Positions 52,269 through 64,000 of a stretch of DNA of 64,000 nucleotides are shown here, piece after piece. Positions within the stretch are counted from its first letter, which is position 1, and every line of letters begins with the position of its first letter. Under the pieces are notes generated by a model. That model saw nothing but the letters and a program-made list of their open reading frames with translations. It was not told the origin of the DNA and did no database searches. The DNA comes from Callorhinchus milii (taxonomy: Eukaryota), in contig NW_024704743.1 of assembly GCF_018977255.1 (NCBI RefSeq), positions 40,612,001 to 40,676,000 of the forward strand, written 5' to 3'. A program made the translations under genes and the position numbers.

Positions 52269-52927
52269 GTAGACACTCCAGATTATTGACAGTTCATCTT
52301 CTTGAATATATTTTAATTATCTGCAGCCTCCCCCTCCCACCCCACCCCCCCACACACACACAGTTTTATTTAAGATGGGATATTTTTACACTGGGGTATA
52401 TCCAATATTTTCAGGTTTGTTTGACCATTTGCAAATGCCCATGTAGAGAGAGTGACTCGCGCCCTTAATTATGTAGAATATTACCTGTGATTCTTGTATC
52501 CTTTTAAGTGGTTGTTATTTGTAGAAGGGCTTGTGTTTGCACATAATTCACCAACAATATTCACCATCACTGTATTTCAAAGTAAATCCTGTGAAATACT
52601 TTAAGACATCCTCCTGACATGAAGAGCATTACACTGAATGCAGCTATTACAATTATGTTATTATTATACTATTGCAGTTTAAATCACTCCATAGACATAG
52701 TTTCTAAGAGGTTTTCAGTGATGGGTCAGCCAGACCAGCAATGCTGCCATGTTACATTTACAAGAATGGATGTTACTTTTTTCAGATGTTTGACCTTCCT
52801 AAAATAGTTAATTCTTGCAGAAGGTTGATATTTTGTACACCAGGTATTTTGTCAAACCATTTCTGAATAGTCTTATTAACAGTCCCATTTGTACAGATGA
52901 TTGTAAGAACCATATTTGTTTTATCCA

Positions 52928-53835
52928 TTGTTGAATGTCTGTCAGACATCAAGTCCTGGATGAGAGCTAACTTTCTCCAGTTGAACATCAACAAGACTGA
53001 GGCTCTGCTGATTGGCTCCTGTCAACACCTTCTCACCTGAGGCCCTGACAGCATCACCATCCATGGTTGCACACTCCACCTTACTAAGTCAGTCCGGAAC
53101 CTTGGTGTCTTGTTTGACCCTCAACTATCCTTTCTACCCCACATCTGCGCCATGATCCACTCTGCCTTCCCCCACTCTGCAGCGTTGCCCGGCTCCGATA
53201 CTGTCTCACAACGCAGGCCGCCGAATCTCTCATACATGCCTTCATTAGATCGAGGCTCGACTACGCAAACTCACTGCTTGTCTGCCTCCCCAACTCCTCC
53301 CTCCACAGGCTGCAGATCATCCAGAACTCTGCAGCCCATGCCCTCTCCCGCACTAGGCTCCACGATCCTATCAGCCCCATCCATGCCCAACTCCATTGGC
53401 TTCCCATCACACAGAGGATACAGTTCAAGATCCTGGTCTTCACCTTCAAAGCTCTCCACGGTCTTGCTCGCCCCCTACCTCTCCGACCTCCTATCCCCCT
53501 ACCACCCTGTTCGCTCCCCTGCTTGGCGGGCTCCGGCCTGTTTCATGTCCCCCGCCTTGCTTGCCCCACTATTGGTGGGCGGGTTTTCCGCCACTCTGCA
53601 CCCTCCCTCTGGAACTCCATCCCACAGTCCCTCCGTGTCGCATCCTCCCTCGCCACCTTCAAGACACACCTCAAAACCCTCCTCTTCGACCGTGCTTTCA
53701 ATCTCCCGGCTTCCCCCCGGCCCTCCACCCTCCGCACCCCAATCCCTAGCTTGTCTGTCCAGCACCTTGGGATGTCCTCCCAACGTGAAAGATGCTATAC
53801 AAATGTAATTTTGTTGTTGTTGCTGTTATTGTTGT
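52928..53835 (+). mobile_element. L2 LINE, 5'-truncated
   Basis: gacatcaagtcctggatgagagctaactttctccagttgaac (DIKSWMRANFLQLN); frameshifted ORF2 end; (TTG)n tail. Confidence 0.92.
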
Positions 53836-54914
53836 ATAATGCCACAGATGTCTTCTTCTTTTTCTTCTTATTATATATTAATTAGCCCAACTTAAAAATT
53901 TAACCAAAAGTCATACATATATTTATCATTTATTGAATTACAAGACTAATACTGTGAATGTGGTTTCTTATAATAATTGGATGTCATTTTTCCATTGGTA
54001 GTGGGAACACTAGGTATTATTATCAATGGTAAATGCAATTTATGCGTACCAGTTAAAGTCAAATTGGGTTGGCCCTGGTTTGCAAATTGCTCCAATTTTA
54101 AGTATTATAAAGAATGTAATAGTCAAAGTACAGATTGGTTAACAAAATGGCTGGTCAGGGGTTATGCCGAGCTACCATTTTCTCTTTATTCTATTCTGGT
54201 GACATCCGACACGGGCTTTTTCTGTACAAGGAGATTTTACAGCATACTTTGTCCCCTTGAGCACTAGGCCTATTTTATCATCCCTGCAGACAAGTGTTTT
54301 CAGCTCTTTGCTCTCCTCTTCCAGATGATGGATGGTTGAATTCACACTTCTCTTATCTGCCTGAAATGTTCAGAACAATTTGTCAAAAATCCCAAGCTGA
54401 TTTTACCATTGAAACACATAAAGAGGATTTTACAGCAAATACTTTGCACTGAAAATTCTACCCTTGACAATTATTTTACCATCAAGAGTAAAATAGTGTT
54501 GTCCAAATCTATTAAGGAAATGTGATCCACATACAAGCTATTCAATCTATCGATATTAGATGAATCATCAAATAAATAATCTTTTTTTACGAGAATTTGA
54601 TTCTGATTAATTAAGGAATTTCAGTTTTAGTTATTTGCATAGCTTTTATTGAGTTTGCTTGGTGTCTGAAACATGCGGAAACACAGCACATGCCTAAAAG
54701 TATCCAAACCAGACTGAGAGTTCCACATTTATGTGCCACATACATGTACTCTCTCTTTGGAGACATCCGGTTCACCTAATTCTCAGGGAATATTAGGCAC
54801 AGTTTGGCAAAATCCAAGGGTTGGAGACCCCCAGAGCATGTGTTGGGAAACTGCTGGAGATTAACCAGCTAAAAGCCACATCTCACCATTGAGATGGAAT
54901 TTAATTCTGTCTGG

Positions 54915-55220
54915 TAAACTTACCACTGCTTGTCCAGCTGGAACCATCATATCAGTTAGGGCTTTGGTTTAAGAATTAAGATGAGTGGGAAGGGTCCCTG
55001 CTCCCAATGACTGGTTTGCCCACCAAAGTCCTACCAATGAGCTAGGCTGTCTGGTCTGTCATCAGCAGTGCCCTCGAGTCCTGTTGACCCATCTGGCTCA
55101 GAAACTGGACTAGTGAGACGACCACTGCAAGTTGACTCAATTTGATATTCTGTTGCCAAGCACTTCTCGTAGGAGCCAGTTCAGCTTCAATTAAAACCTA
55201 TTCATCCTTCCCCCAAAGTG
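54915..55220 (+). repeat. Unclassified dispersed repeat, copy 2 (pairs with 25395-25720)
   Basis: Same colinear blocks as copy 1, ending tccccccaaagtg versus ttccccaaggtg. Confidence 0.8.
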
Positions 55221-55304
55221 CACACCTCAATCATCCAATCGATCTCAGAGATTAGCCTCGTTTTGAGTGAATTTCAGCAGCATAAAATCATAGAATGTAA
55301 TACT

Positions 55305-55460
55305 ATTAACAATAATCCATGCATTTGTTATAGTGCCTCAACACACCATTGAGATGGCTCAAAGTGCTTCACAGGATATATAGTAAAGTGGATTGATTGT
55401 GTATTTTGTGGGCCAAATACGGCAGTCGGTCGTGTACACCAATGTCTCACAAATAACCAT
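55305..55460 (-). mobile_element. SINE shared 3' tail fragment
   Basis: aataatccatgcatttg...ctcaaagtgcttcacagg...attttgtgggc. Confidence 0.7.
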
Positions 55461-55469
55461 AAGAAACAT

Positions 55470-55705
55470 TACCACCCAGAAAGAGGTCATTTGGTGTACT
55501 ATATCTTAGATGTTGATAGCTCCCCTTGACTACTATCTACTCCAATCGCATTTCCCTGCTCTTTTATCGTACCTTTAATATATTTTTTCCTTAAGTCATC
55601 TTCCAAATCCCTTTTATAATTACCTGATTTTGGTTGCCTTTTAAGAAAAGGCATCCCAAATTCTAAAAGCTCAGTGTAAGACAGTTTAAGACATCTTCTA
55701 TCCAC
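55470..55705 (-). mobile_element. CR1 3' fragment (old)
   Basis: ccagaaagaggtcatttgg...ttccctgctctt...catcttccaaatccctttt. Confidence 0.55.
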
Positions 55706-56329
55706 CCCATTTATTCATTTATTACATTGGATGACAATTTTGGTTAGACAGGAATTATTATCATTCTAATTTCATATTTAATTGGAAACTTTAGCAGAAA
55801 TTCTCAAGAAAAAGCAATGGATAAAGAGAAATAAAGTAAATCAGGAAACTAAGAAACACTTGAATTACTAACAGAAATTATATCACAACAAAAATGGTTT
55901 AACATTTCACTTGGCATCACTGTAATGCCTGTGGCAATGCTCAGTTACAAAGAGGAAATCCATCTCCAAATGTGCTCGGTTCAATATCAACTGTTTTTTC
56001 AGTCCAAAATAATTAGGAATCATGAACAAATAGTTGAAATGGAAATATGGGTCGGGAGGATAATGCAGCATTTGACATTTATTCCTGCCTGTTCAAGGGG
56101 ATATTAAAGATCCCAAGGCTCACTGGATAAATCACAAGATCAGACGTTTGGTTTGGATGAAGAAGGCGCTTCAGCCCATTCGATTTCATTTTTACAGAAC
56201 ACTCACCCTACTTTCACCCCATCACAGGCTGCTTTTTAAATTAGCCTAGTGTCTTGGTCTCTACTATTGTTCCTAGTAACCTGTTCCAGTTGCTGTTTAC
56301 CGTCTGAGTAAACATTACCCTCTTTTTTT

Positions 56330-56445
56330 AAAGGCGTTTCCTCCACAAAATATACAGTTTACTTTAAAGTATATTCTGTGAAGTGCTTTGAGACATCTAG
56401 AAGATGTGATAAGATGCTTTAACAAATGCAAGGATTATTATTACT
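56330..56445 (+). mobile_element. SINE shared 3' tail fragment
   Basis: ccacaaaatatacag...attctgtgaagtgctttgagacatctagaagatgtg...aaatgcaaggattattatt. Confidence 0.8.
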
Positions 56446-57284
56446 AATATTATTATCCCTGGTATGATACCTGATTGATGCTGACTTCCTGATTGATCCA
56501 GGAAGAGGTGTTAAATTAGCTGTCAGAAACTCTGCACAAAGGAGAGAGGAAAATTAGCCTGAGTTCCCTCTCTTAGTTGTTTTCTGTTGACCTTTGCTGA
56601 ATTGTCTATGTTTATGGCGTCAGATAAGGCTAGGATCTGGCATGGCTGTAAACCTCTCCAAGTTGAAAGACTTGCTTCAATTCATTGCCTGTGGGTATAC
56701 ATGAAGATTTGTCAGTAAGGCTGGGTACTGGAGAGTGATTGGTGATTGAAGAGATAGGTTATGATATTCAGGAAAGGGGAAGAGAAGCTTAAAAAGCATG
56801 TTTTAAAATGTTGTCCAGAAAAATAAATTTAAACAGAAGATTTCTCTCCTGTCTCTCATTGTCTGGCTACAAAACAACAATGTGGGTTCAACTCATCTTC
56901 CTATCATCACAGCAGGTTATGGGGCATGCTGTGAGAAGATGAAGAAAATAAAACTGTCAAGAAGAATAATTAAAGACAAAATCTTAACATCAAACATAAA
57001 TGGAAATGTGTTTATAATTAGAAACAGTCCACAACATACTAAATTGTCCTACAATAAAAACAACAACTTGCACTTATATAGCGCCTTCGATGAAGGGTAG
57101 CATCTCAAAGCACTTAACAGTGGTGGAGCCTGACTCCACTTACTCAACTGTGCTTTGATCCTGAAGAGCATAACAATAATTTAGTGTTCACTTTTGCTGA
57201 CCACTATTTATCTTGCAGTTTTTATAAAGAAAAACTGAAGATAAGACTAACCAGTTTGGTCTTCAAGAAATTACATTAGATTTT

Positions 57285-57665
57285 TGTAGCATGTTCACAA
57301 GGCAGTTTACCGCTAATTATTGTCATATAATTGTTTTTTGTAAACAAAATCAGCAGCCATTTTTTGGCAGTGAAATCCTACAAAAATCTATAAAATGAAT
57401 CATAAGTTGATCTGCAATATTGTTTATCAGAGCACCAGGAGAAACTTCTCTATTTGAATAGTGTCATGGGATCTTTAACATTCATCTGAACAGGCAGAAT
57501 ATCTTACAATGTCTTTAGATCTTCTCTAATAAACAGTATTTCTGACAACAAAGCACTCCTGCAGTACTGAACTCAAGCATAAGTCTGGATTATGAATTCA
57601 AACCCTAACATGCGACTTGAATCCACAACTATCTGACCCAGAAACAAGGCTGCCATCTACTGAAC
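57285..57665 (-). mobile_element. SINE type B (old)
   Basis: gaatagtgtcatgggatctttaacattcatctgaacaggcag, the reverse of the Deu-like core; gacttgaatccacaac reverse B-box. Confidence 0.7.
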
Positions 57666-57971
57666 AGAACACAAACAAAACATTTCATGTCAGTTGATTG
57701 CACCCGAAGCACTATCTCAAAACATTATAAATTCAACACTAGTCATGAGTAGCTTTACAGTTTTGAAGTCATAATTGTAGTGATATGCAGCACGATTGGA
57801 TTTCCTTCAGGTGAAATGTTAAACTAAGGTGCCGTCTATCTGTTCAGGTGAATATTGAAGACTGTATGTGGCACTATGTTTAACAAGATCAATGACAAAT
57901 TTCATTCATAGAGCATCTTTCAAGCAGAATAGCAACTTGGAGCGCTTCACAGTGATGGGGTTGGATGCCAA

Positions 57972-58640
57972 GCAACAACATCTTGCTATTTAAATAGCGA
58001 CCTTCATGTGGGGTAGCACATGGCAGAGCTTGACACAAAGCCAGGGAGAAAGGAGAAGTAACCATAAGCACAGTCGAGGAGGAAGATCTTCAGGTGTTAC
58101 CTGAAAATGGACAAGGAGTTGGCAAGGTGGAGGGATTGAGACAAAGTTTCAGAGTCTTGGGACCTTGTGGCTGAAAGGAGGAGATGACAGCTAGATAAGC
58201 AAAGAGGGTAGATAAAGGATTGGGGTGTACACAGGTCAGAGTGATAGGAAGGTGTCAGGGTATAAAATAATTTGGACATGTATGTGAGGATCTTGAAATT
58301 GATCCATTCTGCAATAGGGAGCCAGTGGACTCTGGAAAGTCTGGGGTGATTGGTCTGCAAAGTTTGGTGTGGGTGAGGGCATGGGCAATGGTGTTTTGAA
58401 TTAATTGGATTCCATGAATGGGTGGAGCTGGGGAGACCAGCAAGGAGGGAATTAGAATAATGAAGGCGAGAGGTGACAAATGTGTGAATAAGGGTTTCAG
58501 CTACATTAGGTATGCAGTATGATCGGAGGCACGTGATGTGGCAGAGGTGGAAAAAAGAAAAGGGAAAAGGAAGAGATGACCTTAGATTTGGTTGAAGTGG
58601 TAGCTCTTGAAGTGGAATTTAAAGATAGATAGGCATGAAG
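57972..58640 (-). mobile_element. L2 fragment (old)
   Basis: Minus ORFs IQLIQNTIAHALT and RVHWLPIAEWINFKILT; caacaac tail. Confidence 0.75.
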
Positions 58641-58653
58641 TGGAGGGCTTGGA

Positions 58654-58793
58654 TCATAGAAACTTACAGCATAGAAGGAAACCATTCGGCCCATCATGCC
58701 TGTGCCAGCTCTTTGAAAGAACTACCAACTAGTTCCACTCCCCTGCTCTTACCATAGCCCTGCCATTTTTTGCTTTACAAGTACCTATCCATA
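58654..58793 (-). mobile_element. CR1 3' terminus
   Basis: tcatagaaacttacagcatagaaggaaaccattcggcccatcatgcctgtgccagctc. Confidence 0.8.
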
Positions 58794-58796
58794 TAT

Positions 58797-59015
58797 GAGG
58801 CAGGGAGATCCAGACATTCGGGGCACAGTGACCAAAGGCAACCAGTGGAGATGCAAAGGAGTCGGAGGATGAACAATAGGTCTGTGTTAGCTAAGACAAT
58901 GGGCGGTCAAGTGGGGTACTAGCAGGTCAGAGATGTAGTAAGGTGGTTGGGCATGAAGGGATTTGTATGTAAACATGAGGATGTTGAAGTTGATCCTTTC
59001 AGAGACAGTGGAGCC
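58797..59015 (-). mobile_element. L2 fragment (old)
   Basis: Minus ORF SERINFNILMFTYKSLHAQPPYYISDLL. Confidence 0.7.
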
Positions 59016-60242
59016 TGTTGCGGGAATTAACCTGATCAAAATTCTTCTCTCATCCAAATTCAACCATGAAATCATTATATTTCATCATTGTTGCTTCTGG
59101 AAATTAGCTGCTCCATTTTCCCATTTAGCAACAGTCACTACATTTAAAGTTAATGATTGTATGAAGCATTTAGAATCCATGAAGCTACAAATATTTCCAA
59201 ATTGCCTGAGATTTACGCTGTGCATTTCAATTTCAAGCTATCATTTCAACATTTCATTCATTGAAACTCAAAATATAATCAATATATAAATTCAATTCTT
59301 GATAGCTTCACATTAAACCTAACACTTTTGCTCATTGACCTTAAGCTTTTATGGAACTGTGAAAAACAGTGAATATTAGTTTATTAATATTTAGCTTGTG
59401 GTGAGGCTGGAAAATTGGAATTGATCTATATGAATGAGTTCATCAGTGTGTGTTTATAAAATGCAACTATGTAGAAACTATTTTAATGGAAAAAATTGTA
59501 CTATATTACAGTGGGTTAAAGACAAATTTAGGATTTTTAAAAAAAAATCTATTTATTTTGTCTAACAAGTTTAACGTTTAAAAACATGCAATTGCAGAAC
59601 ATCATATATTTTCTATAAATAAGCAGAAGCTATTGCTGTTTTGCCAAATTCAGCAGCCAACTTAAACACATAAATGTCCCATACTCAGCCAAGAAGTGAA
59701 TGACCATTTGCTTGGTTCTTTCTGCATCTTAATTTGCAACACTGTTAATTGACGGGGAAGTAAATTGTATGGAACTGGGTTTGAAGGATTTGATAGTTGT
59801 GCTTTTACAAGTTGGAGGCTAAAATCATAATTTGAAAGAAATTGCATTTTTATAATGCTTTGTCACATTGAAAACTGGTTAGGACTGGGACAAGTGTGAA
59901 TTACTTCTCCTAGAGAGTGATTTGATTCAATCACAGAAAGCATAGACAAGAAATTGATTGAAAGATTCAAGAACAAGATGGATAGATCCTGCTCTATCCT
60001 GGGCAACAATCCCCAAGTACAATTGATCACTCACTGTATTGCCATGTGTGGGCCATTGCTGTATGCATATTGGCTGCCACATTCAACTTCACAGTAAAAA
60101 TTCTGCGACATTCTTTGAGATGTCTTAAAGATGTGATAAGGCACAAATTAGCAATGATTATAGATACTTGGGAAGCAGAAATATCAGGGGGAAATTACAG
60201 AATGTGCTGTAATAATGATCACATGAGGACAGTAAATTCAGG

Positions 60243-60428
60243 TGTTACGTTCTCAACAAACAAGGTGTAGAAAACTCTTTTATTTCAGCTCACAAGTTAC
60301 AAATCCAACACAGTTTAACCAAAAAAAACCTCTATTTACTTCTCCCTTTCTACCTCCTGATCCGCTTCGATTGGTCTTAGTCAATTGGTCCTTATCGTCT
60401 TAATAAATATCAAACACTGTCCTAAACA
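60243..60428 (-). mobile_element. Possible short solo LTR (186 bp)
   Basis: TGTT...AACA termini; flanks CAGG and CCGG (TSD with one mismatch); ttttattt about 40 bp in. Confidence 0.45.
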
Positions 60429-61117
60429 CCGGATTTTAGACTAAACATTTCCTCTCACTTCTGGAGAATGATTTTTCCCTCCAGCAATTGGATGGATGCC
60501 ATATCTAATTCCAGTATAGCAAGGAGTTCTATTTACTGATTGCTAGTTGCTGGAACAGATTTTTAATTTACAATTTTTACTTTAACAGTTACTTATAGGC
60601 CACAGTCTGGTGAAGAAGCATGAAATGTGCACTTTCTGGTGTCTATTTCAAGATTTTGCCAATCCCATGCTACTGGTATAATTGATTGTAGAGCTAGTAC
60701 AAGAAGGATTAATAATCTCACTCCGCCTCCTACTCCCAAACTTGGATTGTTTCAGATCAAATTGAACTGAATATTCAAATGTTAAAAAACTATGCAAGTT
60801 GTTTGAAATATGAAAGAAATTTTTTACCTGCAATTGAAGGTGTCATCATTTGTGATCTAAGCTGCACAGGTTCAATAAATCATCTGTCAAATAAAATATA
60901 TTACCTTTGTGCTTTTCTTCTAGATGTGAAGACCAGTTTATACCTCGATTGAAATTGAGCTCACCAGAAGACAATAGATGGGCCTTTAATGATCCACTCC
61001 AGTGTTGCACATTACTTCTGCACTGTACAATTGATCCTTTGAAAGAAAATTATTTCCTGGATTGGGCTTTGTTAAGGTCAGTGTGACAGCAGCAGCATAA
61101 CTTTGCAATAAATTGAG

Positions 61118-61466
61118 AGTTTAGAGCACTCGCCTCGCAAGTGTTCAATTCCTAGCAGGGCAAAATGTTGGGCAAGTTTCCTTATTCCACACGCCTCTGT
61201 TTACCTAGCAGTAAGTAGGAATCTGATTATTGGTCGATTGGCGGATTGCTTTTCCACGGATAATAATCCTTCAATAAAAACAATAATAATTTGGTCACTC
61301 AATCTACAACTGTTTGTAGCACACTGCTGTGCACAATTGGCTGCTACATTTCGCCCACAAATATACAGTCAATTCACTTTTTCAGTATATTCTGTGAAGC
61401 GCTTTGAGACATCTAGAAGATACAAAAAGTGCTATATCAAATGCAGGAAGTACTATTTATTATTAT
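61118..61466 (+). mobile_element. SINE type A, long form
   Basis: tRNA-like head, ttgggcaagtttccttattccacacgcctctgtttacctagcagtaagtagg CORE-like block, shared tail. Confidence 0.88.
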
Positions 61467-62034
61467 AGAGTTCATTCCAGTCATATTGGTGCGTGTGTGT
61501 TTCCATAAATATTTTTTTGTATTATGATACATCTTCACCAAGACAAACGAGCCATCATTTAAGCAATTATTTGCACACACTAAAGATAAGTACTTGAAGA
61601 AGGTAAATATTAGAAATCAATCAAAAGTCTTGCAATTGCGTGTGTAGAAATTTCTGGCAGGTCTCACCGTGTGTTTCCTGATGAACACAAAGAACTACCA
61701 AAATAACATTGACGTCAAAATTGTGCTATTCAGAAACCAAAGCTGGTCCAAAGATTACCTAACCACATATCACGTAGCCAACTATGGGGCATGGCATTTA
61801 AGTATCACATCATTTGATACTGGCTTAATTCATGCCTTCAATGTAAAATCTTGTAATCTTGTTATTGAAGGTAAATCACAAGATTGCTTTGGATTTGATC
61901 TCATTTTCCCTAGAATACCCTTCATACTCATCTATTGACTTCCCATCACAGCATCAAGCTGCTTTATAAATGATCCAGCCTTCATTTCAACCTTTCTACA
62001 CACCTCTGTGACTTTTCTTCTGTTCTATCTTCCC

Positions 62035-62270
62035 TCAATCTCTGCCACTCCATTAACTCCACCCCCCACATCTATAGTTTCCACTTTAACCTGATTACTT
62101 GGGGCCTCATCGTCTCAGACATCACCATCACTGATAAAGCCATCTCAGACCATTATTTCATCTCCCTTAATTCATCCATCCCACTCTCTGCCATTCCACC
62201 CCCCCACCCCCATTCCCTCTCTGCTGCCTTTAAGTTATTTGAATCCTGCCCCTTTGGCCTTCTTCCAGCA
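62035..62270 (+). mobile_element. Old L2 endonuclease C-terminal fragment
   Basis: atcactgataaagccatctcagaccat reads ITDKAISDH (APE SDH motif). Confidence 0.6.
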
Positions 62271-62289
62271 ACAACCTTACTTACAGGAA

Positions 62290-62415
62290 GTTTGGTCCTT
62301 CAGATGAGATGTTAAACTGAGGTTCCGTATGCCTGTTCAGGTGGACTTTAAAGATCCCATGGCACTATTTGAACAAAGAAGAGAGATTTTCCTGGTGTAC
62401 TGGATAACAATCCCA
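62290..62415 (+). mobile_element. SINE type B core fragment
   Basis: gtccttcagatgagatgttaaactgaggttccgtatgcctgttcaggtggactttaaagatcccatggcactatttgaa. Confidence 0.78.
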
Positions 62416-62469
62416 GTTCAAATCTTGCTTAAACCCCATATGCTCTGACTTGTTCAGCTTTCTCCCACC

Positions 62470-62920
62470 TACATATTGCCCACCTCCACCATTGCTTCTC
62501 TCTCAGGCCACTGAAGCCCTTACCATGCATTGATCATATCCAAGATACACTACACAGTCAGATGACCCAACTCTTCCCTCCATAAACTGAAGACAATCCA
62601 GAACTCTTCAGCTTATGTCTTCTCCTTCACTGAGCTCCGCAAACCTATAAACCCCACCCTCATCCAGCTGCAGTGGCTCCACATCACCCAGAGGATTGAG
62701 CTTTAGATGCTAACCTTTAAATTTCTCCATGGCCTTGTCCTACCCTACTTCTATGACTTTCCGAATCCCTCCCAACTGCTTCCACTGCTCAGCAGGTATT
62801 GGCCTGCATTACATCCCCTGTCCACCCCACCATTGGTGGTTGGGCTTTCAGTCTATTTTCCCCATTCTCTAGAACTTCATCCCAGTCTCTCTTTGCCTTG
62901 CCCCTTCCCTTGCCTCCCAC
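62470..62920 (+). mobile_element. Old L2 ORF2 3' fragment
   Basis: KLKTIQNSSA...LQWLHITQRIE...LTFKFLHGLVLPY. Confidence 0.72.
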
Positions 62921-62924
62921 AATG

Positions 62925-63900
62925 AGTCAGTTGGGAGCGGAGTCAGGAGAGTGCGGGGCGGGGGGTAAGTGAGGGGCGGCGCGATTCACAAGGTGACGTC
63001 ACAGTTCAAAAAAAAAGCAACAATGGCCCCTGCCACTGCCAGCCCGGCCATGACCTGGATGGCTGAGCCTGAGGGCTGATGCCATACCGCTGATCACTCG
63101 CTCCCGGTCTCCGTGTGTGCGTTTTCGCTGCCGCCCTGACCCGAACCTCCCCCTCCCCCTCCCCCTCCATTCTAAATGTCTCTCCCACCCCCCCTCTATC
63201 CGCTACTCCCCCTCTGTCCTTCTCTCCCTCTGCCCTCCCTGCCTTCTCTTTTTCCTCGACCCCAACACCATTTCCCTTTGCTTCAGCCTGGGCATCCTCC
63301 CCGGGCCCATCGTGGCTCCCGGCACTGGCTGTCCCAGAGCAGTAACCCCACATGTCCAATCATTCACTCTCTCCGCTCAAACCGCCTCCTTAAGGAAAAC
63401 CCAACTTACTCCTCCCTCATACATACCCACCCCAACTCCCCACTTACACCACTCTCCACAACCATCTCTCCTGTACACCCAAAATCCTCTTCGCATCATT
63501 CTCTGCTCCCTCTCCTCCCTCCCCTCCCTCCTGCAAACCCACCTGCTTTTTCCCCCCAAATGTCCTTTCCCTCTCAAATGGAGCCCTCACCATCCTTGAC
63601 CTCATCCTAGATGAGCACCTTGACATTCTTGGGCTCACTGAAACCTGTCTCTCCCCCAATGACCCCGTCCACCTAGTGGAAGCCTCCCCTCCAGGCTACA
63701 TCTTCCACCACATGCCCTGTCCAAACCAACGTGTCGGCGGGGTGGCCTTCATTTCCAAAGCCTCCCTTGGTCTTATCTCTTACTCCTCTGGCTGCTTCCC
63801 CTCCTTCGAGCAAATCATCCTCTTCCAACCCTCTCTCCCATTGAAAATCCTCCTTGTCTACTGCCCCGCCTAAGCCCCCTGGCTCCTTCCACATAGACAT
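62925..63900 (+). mobile_element. L2 5' region with APE endonuclease N-terminus (decayed)
   Basis: From 63601: LILDEHLDILGLTETCLSPND...PPGYIFHH...GGVAFI...ILLVYCP, matching the APE L-T-E-T-W, G-G-V and Y-R-P-P motifs. 5' boundary is inferred. Confidence 0.8.
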
Positions 63901-63904
63901 CTCA

Positions 63905-64000
63905 ATAACAACAACAACAAGATTCCATTTATAGAGCGCCTTTCACATCGGGAGGAGATCCCAAGGCGCTGTACAGTTGGGTCAGGACCCGAGCATGGGG
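63905..64000 (-). mobile_element. Young L2 3' end, continuing beyond the window
   Basis: acaacaacaacaagattccatttatagagcgcctttcac, near identical to 37410-37495. Confidence 0.9.

Noticed and set aside
53110..53808. Longest ORF (232 aa)
   Set aside because: Mostly an off-frame reading of a frameshifted, C-rich L2 fragment.
63006..63659. Overlapping Pro/Ser-rich ORFs
   Set aside because: Low-complexity pyrimidine tract in the L2 5' region with few stop codons; no recognisable domain.

Overview
Repeat-rich non-coding eukaryotic DNA (intergenic or a very large intron). The repeat families suggest a cartilaginous fish, possibly a holocephalan; this is an inference from remembered family sequences, not a search. 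I found no host protein-coding exon, RNA gene or CRISPR array that I can support. The recognisable ORFs are decayed retrotransposon fragments. Content: many L2-clade LINE fragments with (TTG)n tails, including one 5'/endonuclease fragment; CR1 fragments; two tRNA-headed SINE types sharing one 3' tail; two Penelope-like relics with decayed hammerhead-ribozyme cores; two well-bounded solo LTRs (one with a 39-bp minisatellite) plus two weaker candidates; and two unclassified dispersed repeats. The most striking structure is a young L2 insertion at 37.2-38.4 kb whose 5' junction carries a 244-bp inverted copy of its own 3' end and flank. Smaller templated 5'-junction patches occur at three other L2/SINE insertions. 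I do not see a new gene system. Boundaries of old repeats are approximate.
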